The notes beneath the pieces were generated by a model, which did not search any database, was not told the DNA's origin, and saw only the letters and a program-made list of their open reading frames with translations. A stretch of 14,799 nt of DNA, from positions 1 to 14,799 of the forward strand of contig JBECKX010000090.1 of assembly GCA_040235515.1 (NCBI GenBank). The letters are read 5' to 3'. This DNA is from Candidatus Zixiibacteriota bacterium (GTDB lineage: Bacteria; Zixibacteria; MSB-5A5; CAIYYT01). Each line of letters starts with the position of its first letter. Position 1 is the stretch's first letter. The position numbers and the translations under genes were made by a program. Positions 7,287 to 14,799 of this stretch are shown in pieces.

Positions 7287-8473
7287 TGAAGCCTTTGAAT
7301 AGAACCATCACGCTGCTGCTTATCCTCAGCCTCGCGCTGATGGCAGTTGCAACCAATGCCGACGCGGCAAGGAAAGAGTCAACCCGTGGAAGCATCTATT
7401 TCCTTTACAACGGCTGGAGCACGGAGTACACCGGCCTGGGTGACTTTGACATCAAACAGACCGTGTTCGGGCTAAATACGGTGCTGATGCCCTCGGAAAG
7501 CTTCCGCCTCCAGATCGATGGCAAGCTCTCCGGCAACTCCGCCAAGGGACAGGCTACTTTTCTCGGGATGCAGGGCGACGCAGATGTCTCCTTCTCCTCG
7601 ATCAATGATACGCGCGTCAAGGCGACCTTCTTCTCCGCCAATCAGGCCACCGCGCTGAGTATCTACGCCGGCCTGCCAACCGGCAAAACGGAACTCTCGC
7701 TGGAGCAATATGCGATTGTCACCCTGCTCTCCGATGCCTCACGCAAATACATCGTGCGTCGCGTCGGACAGGGGCTCGATCTGGGCGGTGAAGGGTTGTT
7801 GCTGCCACACTTTGGCGATGTCACGCTGCAACTTGGTGGAGCCTTCTTCTATCGCGGACCATACCGTGCCCGCGAGATTGACACCGAGGATTACAAGTAC
7901 GGCAATGAAGTGCATGGTATCGGTGGCTTCGATTATGATGGGCGCCAGGTAGACTTCAGCGGGAACGTGACCGTCATTTACTATTTCAAAGACAAGTATG
8001 GCGATGAGGAAATCTACCAGTCCGGCATCACCCAGATCTACCAGGTGAATGTTCAGTACACCGATATGTTCAGCCTCTTCGCCGGCGGCAATTTCCTGAT
8101 TCGCGGCGCTGCCAAGCTCCCGAATGAACAGGGCGGCGACTTCATCGAAGAGCAACTCAACTCCGGACGCAATGAGATGCTGATCTATGGCGGCGGGTCA
8201 TATCCCGTCACGCCGGAGTTAAGCGTTCTTGCGCAGCTTGAGTTGAAGTCGATGAGCGAAAATGAGTATCCGCAGAATTCGTTCCTCTATCGTCCCGGTT
8301 CCAGCTACGTGGGCCTCAGCGGCGGCGCCGGTTATCGGCTGACCGAGGTTGTCGGGATCAGCGGTATGCTCAGTTACTATAGTGGATCGATCGATGGTCA
8401 GGCCGGCGTGATCCCCGACGCCGATCTCTCAGGATTCGGCGCTACCATCGTCATGACAGTGAGGGCTCAGTAA
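7286..8473 (+). CDS. Predicted outer-membrane beta-barrel protein (possibly COG4313/MetA-pathway phenol-degradation-like channel)
   Basis: Sec signal peptide (A25-D-A27 cleavage site). Many alternating Gly/aromatic amphipathic strands (LQLGGAFFYR, VHGIGGFDY, YVGLSGGAGY, ISGMLSYY). The GLPTGK...GQGLD pattern resembles COG4313 barrels. It overlaps both neighbours by TAATG. Confidence 0.65.
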   Translation: MKPLNRTITLLLILSLALMAVATNADAARKESTRGSIYFLYNGWSTEYTGLGDFDIKQTVFGLNTVLMPSESFRLQIDGKLSGNSAKGQATFLGMQGDADVSFSSINDTRVKATFFSANQATALSIYAGLPTGKTELSLEQYAIVTLLSDASRKYIVRRVGQGLDLGGEGLLLPHFGDVTLQLGGAFFYRGPYRAREIDTEDYKYGNEVHGIGGFDYDGRQVDFSGNVTVIYYFKDKYGDEEIYQSGITQIYQVNVQYTDMFSLFAGGNFLIRGAAKLPNEQGGDFIEEQLNSGRNEMLIYGGGSYPVTPELSVLAQLELKSMSENEYPQNSFLYRPGSSYVGLSGGAGYRLTEVVGISGMLSYYSGSIDGQAGVIPDADLSGFGATIVMTVRAQ

Positions 8474-8496
8474 TGATGAACACTATGATGAATACG
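8473..8496 (+). repeat. Imperfect 12-bp tandem duplication at gene start (MMNT-MMNT)
   Basis: ATGATGAACACT followed by ATGATGAATACG. Confidence 0.6.
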
Positions 8497-10068
8497 AAGA
8501 AGTCCTCGCTCACAGCCGCAGTTATCGCCCTGTTGCTGTTGACGCTGCTTATGACGCTGTTGCTCAGTTGTTCCAGCAAGCCGACTGCGGGCTCGGAGCG
8601 AGTCGACACCAGCTTGAGTATCACGATCCCCAAAAGTTCGCTGGTAGATCGCATCGACCTGATTCGCCTCCAGATCATCGTGGAAGACGAAGTCGTCGAC
8701 GAGCGTGAGACTCAACTGGTGGATGGCCGTTTCGACTTCGGCACGATTTCGATCCCGACCGGGCAGGTGATTTTCGTCGTTGAGGCAATCGAGAATTCCA
8801 TAGCCGACGCACCGGAGCATGTGCTCTACGCCAATACCGCCATCATTGAGGTGGAACCGGGTGATGAGGTCACTGTGCCTATTACCTTGCTTCCCGCCGT
8901 CCCGATGGTGAAGCTGACACCCTACCACGACCAAGCGACTTCGCAAACGCTTTACAGCACGACAATCGAGCTGTGGCGCATTGGAAGCTTCAATAACGGC
9001 ATCTTCCGAATCGCCTACGACACCGACCACTTCCAGTTCGCCAACGCGGTGCAGGCCAACTCTGCCTGGGGCACCCTCGATATCCTGGCGGATTTTGAAG
9101 CCGGTGAAGTGTTTCTTGATGTCAACCGCCCCCTTGGACTAGAGACGATCCCCGTTACCACCGAACTGGTGCGCGTAAACTTCAATGTCCTCGATGCAGG
9201 CACTGCTACGCTCGACCTCTCTGTTGATGCCATGTCGAACAACAGTGGCATTATCCCGGAGTTGGTTGCAGGAGTACTCTTCGTCGATGATGCAACGGTC
9301 GTGATCTCCGCCGAGGGCAGCAGCGGCAACATGCAGGGCACTGTGGTCAACGCCAGCAATAATAATCCGATCCCGAATGCGGATGTCACGCTGAGCGGGC
9401 CGGTATCACGTCAGGCGACCACCAACGCGCTCGGCCAGTTCAGCTTTACGGACTTGCCGTTTGGCACCTACCAGTTGCACGTGGTCGCAGATGGTTTCAT
9501 CTCCCGCACCAGCACTCAAGTCGTCGATGAACTCGACGAGCAGGTGACCGTCGCGCTCTCCACGCAACTCGGTGAAGGTGAGTTCAGGATCATTCTTTCC
9601 TGGAGCTCGCAACCGGAGGATATCGATGCTCACTACTATACCGTGGTTGACAACATCCTCTTCTCTGTCGATTACGTGAATACGGGCTCGGCTGATCAGC
9701 TCCCCTACGCGGTCCTCGATGTGGATGACCAGGATGGTTTCGGGCCGGAGACGATCACGGTTTACGATCTGGTTGGACCGGCCGCCTTCGCAGTTCACAA
9801 CTATGATCAGGATGCCGGCGGTACAGCGACCTTCGCACAATCGCAGGCAAAGGTCGAGGTTTACTCGGGCAGTTCCCTGCTGCAGACATTCACCGTTTCA
9901 CCTTCGGCAACGCAACTGTGGTGGTATGTGTTCAATCTGTCTCAGAGCGGTACAATAACGACCGTGAACACCTATTCTGACTCACCACCCAGCTTTGCCT
10001 TCAAGGTTGGGGAGTTTGTCCCCGAGACCCCGTTGATGCCCAAGCGCGTAGCGGGAATGCTGAAGTAA
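8473..10068 (+). CDS. Multidomain lipoprotein: Ig-like, cohesin-like, carboxypeptidase-regulatory-like and YfaP/DUF2135-like domains
   Basis: Lipobox LLS-C33. Aa ~145-279 look cohesin-like (FRIAYDTDHFQF...ELVRVNFNVLDAGTATLDL). Aa ~285-363 look CarboxypepD_reg-like (GTVVNA...PIPNADV...TTNALGQFSFTDLPFGTYQL...GF). Aa ~369-500 look YfaP/DUF2135-like (RIILSW...DIDAH...LDVDDQDGFGPETIT...VHNY...AKVEVY). Confidence 0.72.
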   Translation: MMNTMMNTKKSSLTAAVIALLLLTLLMTLLLSCSSKPTAGSERVDTSLSITIPKSSLVDRIDLIRLQIIVEDEVVDERETQLVDGRFDFGTISIPTGQVIFVVEAIENSIADAPEHVLYANTAIIEVEPGDEVTVPITLLPAVPMVKLTPYHDQATSQTLYSTTIELWRIGSFNNGIFRIAYDTDHFQFANAVQANSAWGTLDILADFEAGEVFLDVNRPLGLETIPVTTELVRVNFNVLDAGTATLDLSVDAMSNNSGIIPELVAGVLFVDDATVVISAEGSSGNMQGTVVNASNNNPIPNADVTLSGPVSRQATTNALGQFSFTDLPFGTYQLHVVADGFISRTSTQVVDELDEQVTVALSTQLGEGEFRIILSWSSQPEDIDAHYYTVVDNILFSVDYVNTGSADQLPYAVLDVDDQDGFGPETITVYDLVGPAAFAVHNYDQDAGGTATFAQSQAKVEVYSGSSLLQTFTVSPSATQLWWYVFNLSQSGTITTVNTYSDSPPSFAFKVGEFVPETPLMPKRVAGMLK

Positions 10069-10104
10069 GATTCAGTGTCAGCGACCTTAACGGGTCAAAA
10101 TGGA

Positions 10105-10146
10105 GAACGGCGCTTCCAGTTGGAGGCGCCGTTCCTATTTGTTGTT
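10105..10146 (+). terminator. Rho-independent terminator after the envelope operon (possibly bidirectional with rmuC)
   Basis: GAACGGCGCTTCC-AGTT-GGAGGCGCCGTTC forms a 13-bp stem with one G-U pair, followed by CTATTTGTTGTT. It lies between convergent genes. CAAAA upstream gives a short U-tract on the minus strand. Confidence 0.78.
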
Positions 10147-10171
10147 GGCCATCCTGTATTAAAGCGGAGCA

Positions 10172-10209
10172 ACCGCTGGTCTTAGACCGCTAGTCTTAGA
10201 CCGCTAGTC
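10172..10209. repeat. 14-bp tandem repeat, 2.7 copies, overlapping the rmuC stop codon
   Basis: ACCGCTGGTCTTAG (10172-10185), ACCGCTAGTCTTAG (10186-10199), ACCGCTAGTC (10200-10209). Confidence 0.85.
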
Positions 10210-11466
10210 ATCACGATCAGAGAGGCGACTCTCCTCAAGCAGAGGCAACTCGCCATCATCGCCATCCACAGGCTCCCCTGCCTCGACACCCATTCCCTTC
10301 TGGGTGCGTAAGTCCTCGATGCGGTTCAACACTTTCTCCAATTGTCGACTTCTCGTACCGGCAACCTCCTCGTAGCCACGGTGCGCCGTCTCGATCTGAC
10401 GGCCCAGCTTAGCCAATCCTTCACAGAACTTGCCCCACTGTTTCTGGAACTCACCGTACAATTCGACCATCTTATGAGAGGTTCTTTCCAGGGCGAAGTT
10501 ATCGGCTGCCTGACGAATCACCGCAAGAATCGCATAGAGGGTAAGGGGAGAACAGAGGATCACGCGACTCTCCAGCGCCCGGTCGATAAGGCTTGCGTCG
10601 TGTTCGTGGACGAAGGCATAGACCTGTTCATTGGGTATGAACATCAGAGCATAAGCCAGTGTATTTTGCTGCGGATTGATGTACTCGCGCTTCGAAACCG
10701 CCTTGATGTGGTTCTTTATATCCTGAACGAAGGCTGAGGTCAGTTGGTTTCTCTGGTCTTCCGACTCAGCTTCCAGGTAGCGCAGATAATTGTCCAGCGG
10801 GAACTTCACATCCATGTTCAGGACCTGTCCCTGAGGAAGCGGGAAGGTGAAATCAGGTCTGGTTCCGGCCCCTTCAATCGTCTTCTGTTTTTCGTAGTTG
10901 ACTCCCTCGATGAAACCTGCCAGCCTGAGCACATCCTCCGCCATGCGTTCTCCCCATTGGCCACGTGCCTTGGTAGAAGCGAGAGCTTCCCGCAACGATG
11001 AGGCAGTTTGCATCAATTGCTGAACCTGCTGTTGTTGCGATTCAAGATTGCTGCTGAGTTGTCCGAACTTCTCGGAACGATCCTTCTCAAGCGCTGTCAT
11101 CAGCTTCTGCACTTTGTCCAGTTCGGCGTTCATATTCTGCAACTGCTGGTCAATCAGGGTTTTCTTCGACTCAAGCTCTTTCGCAGAGATCTCGCGGTCG
11201 GAATCAAGCAAGGTCTTACGCACCTTCATGAATTCGTCGCTGGCCTTCGAGAGCACTTCGTTCGAGATATTGCCGAAGCTCAATTTTAGATGCTCCGTCA
11301 GCGCCGCCAGGTCCTTCTCGCGCCTTGCTTCTGCATCCTGCGCCATCTGTTCCGCCAGCGCAGCTGCTTCGCGCTGCTGACGCGACTTCAGCAGCCACGT
11401 GATTGCCACCCCCAGCAGAAATCCAACTACGAATGTGATTATGGCAATGAGCAATCCGCTCTCCAT
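10204..11466 (-). CDS. rmuC: DNA recombination protein RmuC
   Basis: N-terminal TM anchor, coiled coil, RGQWGE, RPD...DVKFPL (PD-(D/E)xK fold), ALMFIPNE and SPLTL. Strong AAGGAGG RBS. Confidence 0.93.
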   Translation of the reverse strand: MESGLLIAIITFVVGFLLGVAITWLLKSRQQREAAALAEQMAQDAEARREKDLAALTEHLKLSFGNISNEVLSKASDEFMKVRKTLLDSDREISAKELESKKTLIDQQLQNMNAELDKVQKLMTALEKDRSEKFGQLSSNLESQQQQVQQLMQTASSLREALASTKARGQWGERMAEDVLRLAGFIEGVNYEKQKTIEGAGTRPDFTFPLPQGQVLNMDVKFPLDNYLRYLEAESEDQRNQLTSAFVQDIKNHIKAVSKREYINPQQNTLAYALMFIPNEQVYAFVHEHDASLIDRALESRVILCSPLTLYAILAVIRQAADNFALERTSHKMVELYGEFQKQWGKFCEGLAKLGRQIETAHRGYEEVAGTRSRQLEKVLNRIEDLRTQKGMGVEAGEPVDGDDGELPLLEESRLSDRDD

Positions 11467-11485
11467 TCAATCCTCCTTGAGGGAA

Positions 11486-11515
11486 GATATAACTCCCCGA
11501 CTTCCCCCTCGTCAA
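11486..11515 (-). promoter_or_regulatory. Candidate sigma70-type promoter for rmuC
   Basis: On the minus strand, TTGACG(11515-11510)-N18-TATATC(11491-11486) lies about 20 nt upstream of the rmuC ATG. Confidence 0.4.
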
Positions 11516-11582
11516 GCTACATCTGACTATGAAACGACCCGGGTTATGACAATCGCTTTTTGATTTCAGGTTTGACGACAGG

Positions 11583-12344
11583 TTACGACTTGAGGAACCG
11601 ATTGAGTGATTCCTTGAATTGCGAGCGCTCGATGCCGCGCCGGAGCGTGCCCTCGTAGGCAATCGAGATATCCCCGGTCTCCTCGCTGACCACGATACAG
11701 ATTGCGTCCGATTCCTCGGTGATACCAACCGCGGCTTTGTGGCGCATCCCATACTCGCTCATGTAAACGGGATTCTGCGAAAGGGGTAGCATGCATCCGG
11801 CAGCGATTACGCTGTCGCCGCGAATGATTATCGCACCGTCATGCAATGGCGTGTAAGGAGTGAAGATCGTGGTAATCATCTCCGCCGAGACGGTAGTATT
11901 GATCATCTTGCCCGATTGCACGAAGTCCTTCAACCCCACCGTCCGCTCGATCACGATCAGCGCGCCATGGTTTAACACCGACAGGCGCAGAACCGCCTTG
12001 GCGATCTCGTCCACGCTCGCACCCTCTTCACCCCGATAGAAATATCGCACGATTCGAGAGTGTCCGATCCGCGCCAGCGCACCGCGAATCTCCGGCTGGA
12101 ACAGGATCACCAGCACGATGAATCCAACCGTTGCCAGGTTGGTGAATAGCCACATCAAACCCTGAAGCTGGAACCAGTAGGCGAAGAAGGCGATCACGAA
12201 GAGCAGCGTCAACCCCGTGATCATCTGCGCTGCCCGCGTCCCCTTCAGTAGCGTGAAGAACTTATAAAAGATATAGGCCACGACCACGACATCGATCAGG
12301 TCGAGCAGCGAGAACTTCAAGAATTCAAAGCTAAACAGCTCCAT
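11583..12344 (-). CDS. cdaA: Diadenylate cyclase CdaA (DacA)
   Basis: Three N-terminal TM helices, VILFQPEIR, GALIVIER, TPLHDGAIII, GMRHKAAVGITE and IVVSEETGDIS. TGATG overlap with folP. Confidence 0.93.
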   Translation of the reverse strand: MELFSFEFLKFSLLDLIDVVVVAYIFYKFFTLLKGTRAAQMITGLTLLFVIAFFAYWFQLQGLMWLFTNLATVGFIVLVILFQPEIRGALARIGHSRIVRYFYRGEEGASVDEIAKAVLRLSVLNHGALIVIERTVGLKDFVQSGKMINTTVSAEMITTIFTPYTPLHDGAIIIRGDSVIAAGCMLPLSQNPVYMSEYGMRHKAAVGITEESDAICIVVSEETGDISIAYEGTLRRGIERSQFKESLNRFLKS

Positions 12345-13201
12345 CAGTCCTCCAGCCTCAGTCGCACCGCGATATCCACTGCCTGACGGGTTGCGGCGAC
12401 ATCATGTACGCGAACCGCAACCGCACCATACAACACAGCCGCGACAGCCACCGCCACCGACCCTGCCACTCTGTTCTCGACCGTAGCGCCAGTAATCTTT
12501 CCGATGAATCCTTTGCGCGACGCGCCGATCAGAATCGGGTAACCGGAGCGGGCAAACCGCCCGACCGCTTTCACCAATTCGAGGTTCCCTTCAACATCCT
12601 TGCCGAATCCGATTCCCGGATCAAGCATAATTCTCTCTTTCGCGACACCGGCCGCAATCGCTCGGGCCGCTGCCGCAGCAAGGTAACCGTCAACTTCTTC
12701 AATCAAGTTACCATATTCGGTGTTGAGTTGCATCTCCTTCGGCGTGCCGCGTTTGTGCATCAGGATGGCACCGGCTCGATGCTCAGCTATCACACTCGCC
12801 ATCTCCGGATCACCCTCAAGTGCGGTGATATCATTGACGATTGCGCAGCCTGCAGCCAGTGCCGCCGCTGCAACCGGTGCTTTCCAGGTGTCGATGGAAA
12901 CAGGGATGGCGAGCTTGCCGGTCAGCTGCTCGACGACCGGCAGGATGCGCTCCAGTTCCTCTTGCTCCGAAACCGGTTCTGATCCCGGACGGGAGGATTC
13001 CCCGCCGATATCGATAACGTCCGCGCCTTCCGCCTCCAGCCGCAATGCCTGCTGCACAGCGTCGGATGTAGCCAGATAACGCCCACCGTCGGAAAAAGAA
13101 TCGGGAGTGACGTTAATCACTCCCATAACAATAGTCTTGGATTTTCTCGCGAAGAGACTCGCTACATCAAACTTTGATCCTACCTGCGTACCTGAACTCA
13201 T
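12344..13201 (-). CDS. folP: Dihydropteroate synthase
   Basis: [47 protein letters not shown] and RVHDV. ATGA overlap with the ftsH stop. Confidence 0.96.
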   Translation of the reverse strand: MSSGTQVGSKFDVASLFARKSKTIVMGVINVTPDSFSDGGRYLATSDAVQQALRLEAEGADVIDIGGESSRPGSEPVSEQEELERILPVVEQLTGKLAIPVSIDTWKAPVAAAALAAGCAIVNDITALEGDPEMASVIAEHRAGAILMHKRGTPKEMQLNTEYGNLIEEVDGYLAAAAARAIAAGVAKERIMLDPGIGFGKDVEGNLELVKAVGRFARSGYPILIGASRKGFIGKITGATVENRVAGSVAVAVAAVLYGAVAVRVHDVAATRQAVDIAVRLRLED

Positions 13202-14799
13202 GTTTTCTCGGTTGGATTGACCGGTGTCTTGTCGAGTTTATCGCCCTTCAAGATAACATCGATCTCCTCACTGTCAAGAATCTCATGCTCAAGCAATGCT
13301 GTCGCCAGCAGATGGAGCTTATCGAGGTTCGCCTGCAGCAACTCCTCGGCGTGGTTGTATGCGGTCTCCACGATGTTGCGAACGGCATCATCGATCTGCT
13401 GTGCCGTCTTCTCGGAGTAGTCGCGATGCTGCTGAATTTCGCGGCCCAGGAAGACCTCCTCCCGCGACTTGCCGAAGGTCAACGGACCCAACTCCTCATT
13501 CATGCCCCAGGAGCAGACCATCTTGCGCGCAAGGTCGGTAGCCCGTTCGATATCATTGCCCGCGCCGGTGGTAAGCTGGTCAAAAACCAATTTCTCGGCG
13601 GCACGGCCACCCATGAGATAAACAAGCTTGGTCTCCAGGTAAACCTTGCTGTAAGTGTGCTTCTCCTCCACCGGCAGGAAGCTGGTTACACCGAGCGCCA
13701 ACCCACGCGGGATAATAGTCACTTTATAGACCGGGTCAGCCTTGGGCAACAGCTTGCCGACCAGGGCGTGCCCTGCTTCGTGGTAGGCTGTCGTCCGCTT
13801 CTCCTCCTCGGATATCACGAGCGAACGGCGTTCGGCACCCATCATAACCTTATCTTTGGCCATCTCGAAATCGACCATCGAAACCTTATCGGCGTTTCGG
13901 CGAGCCGCCAGCAGCGCTGCCTCGTTGACCACGTTGGCCAGGTCCGCGCCGGACAACCCCGGAGTACCCCTTGCGATCAGTTCGGCATTTACTGAATCAG
14001 AAACATTGATCTTGCGCATATGAACCTTGAGGATTCCCTCCCGGCCTTTGACGTCAGGCAGGTTTACTACGATCTGGCGGTCAAAGCGTCCGGGCCTGAG
14101 CAACGCCGGATCAAGCACATCGGGTCGGTTGGTCGCCGCGATCAGGATAACGCCCTCGTTGGACTCGAAGCCATCCATCTCAACGAGCAACTGGTTGAGC
14201 GTCTGCTCGCGCTCGTCGTGTCCACCACCAAGCCCCGCGCCACGCAGGCGTCCGACGGCATCGATTTCATCTATGAAAATAATGCAAGGGGCATTCTTCT
14301 TGCCCTGATCAAACAGGTCACGCACACGCGAGGCACCCACGCCAACGAACATCTCCACAAAGTCTGAGCCTGACATCGAGAAGAACGGCACCCCGGCCTC
14401 ACCCGCGATCGCGCGAGCGAGCAACGTCTTACCGGTTCCGGGGGGGCCGACTAGCAAGGCTCCCTTAGGGATCTTGCCGCCCAGTTTCTGGAACTTGCCC
14501 GGCTCCTTCAAAAACTCGATGATCTCCGCCAACTCTTCTTTCGCTTCATCAGCACCAGCAACGTCGTTGAACGTCACCTTCGGGCGGTCCTCGGTCAACA
14601 ACTTGGCTTTCGATTTTCCGAATGAGAATAATCCCTTCGGGCCGCCACCCTGCATCTGCCGCATGATGAATACCCATAGCAGGATAATCAGCAGAAATGG
14701 CGCTAAAGTAATCAGGTACCCGACCCAGCCGTCATCCGACTTTTCAGCACGGATCTCGACTCCCTTCTCTTCCATCTTGTCGACGAGATCGGTGTCGGC
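13198..14799 (-). CDS. ftsH: ATP-dependent zinc metalloprotease FtsH (5' end beyond the right window edge)
   Basis: Second TM helix, Walker [16 protein letters not shown] pore loop, Walker [30 protein letters not shown] and zinc motif HEAGH. The frame stays open upstream of ATG 14775 to the edge (ADTDLVDKM), so that ATG is internal. Confidence 0.98.
   Translation of the reverse strand, partial: ADTDLVDKMEEKGVEIRAEKSDDGWVGYLITLAPFLLIILLWVFIMRQMQGGGPKGLFSFGKSKAKLLTEDRPKVTFNDVAGADEAKEELAEIIEFLKEPGKFQKLGGKIPKGALLVGPPGTGKTLLARAIAGEAGVPFFSMSGSDFVEMFVGVGASRVRDLFDQGKKNAPCIIFIDEIDAVGRLRGAGLGGGHDEREQTLNQLLVEMDGFESNEGVILIAATNRPDVLDPALLRPGRFDRQIVVNLPDVKGREGILKVHMRKINVSDSVNAELIARGTPGLSGADLANVVNEAALLAARRNADKVSMVDFEMAKDKVMMGAERRSLVISEEEKRTTAYHEAGHALVGKLLPKADPVYKVTIIPRGLALGVTSFLPVEEKHTYSKVYLETKLVYLMGGRAAEKLVFDQLTTGAGNDIERATDLARKMVCSWGMNEELGPLTFGKSREEVFLGREIQQHRDYSEKTAQQIDDAVRNIVETAYNHAEELLQANLDKLHLLATALLEHEILDSEEIDVILKGDKLDKTPVNPTEKT

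Noticed and set aside
10172..10209. CRISPR array or IS end at the tandem repeat
   Set aside because: The units are 14 bp and contiguous with no spacers, and there are no cas or transposase genes in the window.
12344..13201. sul-type sulfonamide-resistant DHPS
   Set aside because: It sits in the chromosomal ftsH-folP context, and SRKGFIG shows no sul-type Phe-Gly insertion next to the DPGIGFGK loop. No mobile element is present.
13174..14367. Long plus-strand ORFs (273 aa, 115 aa) opposite ftsH, and similar antisense ORFs opposite folP, rmuC, the PHP gene and the PhoU-kinase gene
   Set aside because: Typical antisense shadows of GC-rich coding sequence, with no motifs.

Overview
This bacterial window (diderm, judging by the lipoproteins and a predicted outer-membrane barrel) has three blocks. 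(1) 1-5683, minus strand: a six-gene operon matching the uncharacterised GAK (Grasp/Amphipathic/Kinase) system. In transcription order it encodes a divergent PHP-family phosphoesterase, an amphi-Trp protein, a PhoU-APH-type kinase fusion (TTG start), a RimK-like ATP-grasp ligase, HprK-related kinase B and a CofD/YvcK-like protein. The last gene runs off the left edge and is missing from the ORF track. (2) 5985-10068, plus strand, divergent from block 1: three translationally coupled (TAATG overlaps) envelope genes, ending at an intrinsic terminator. They encode a TPR + CsgG/TolB-N-like lipoprotein, a predicted outer-membrane beta-barrel, and a multidomain lipoprotein (Ig-like, cohesin-like, carboxypeptidase-regulatory-like, YfaP/DUF2135-like). 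(3) 10204-14799, minus strand: housekeeping ftsH (5'-truncated by the window), folP, cdaA and rmuC. CdaA has RHK in place of the canonical RHR motif, and no cdaR/glmM follows it. The best candidates for undescribed biology are the GAK locus with its kinase/phosphatase/PhoU extension and the three-gene outer-membrane module. All family assignments come from motifs read by eye; no searches were run.
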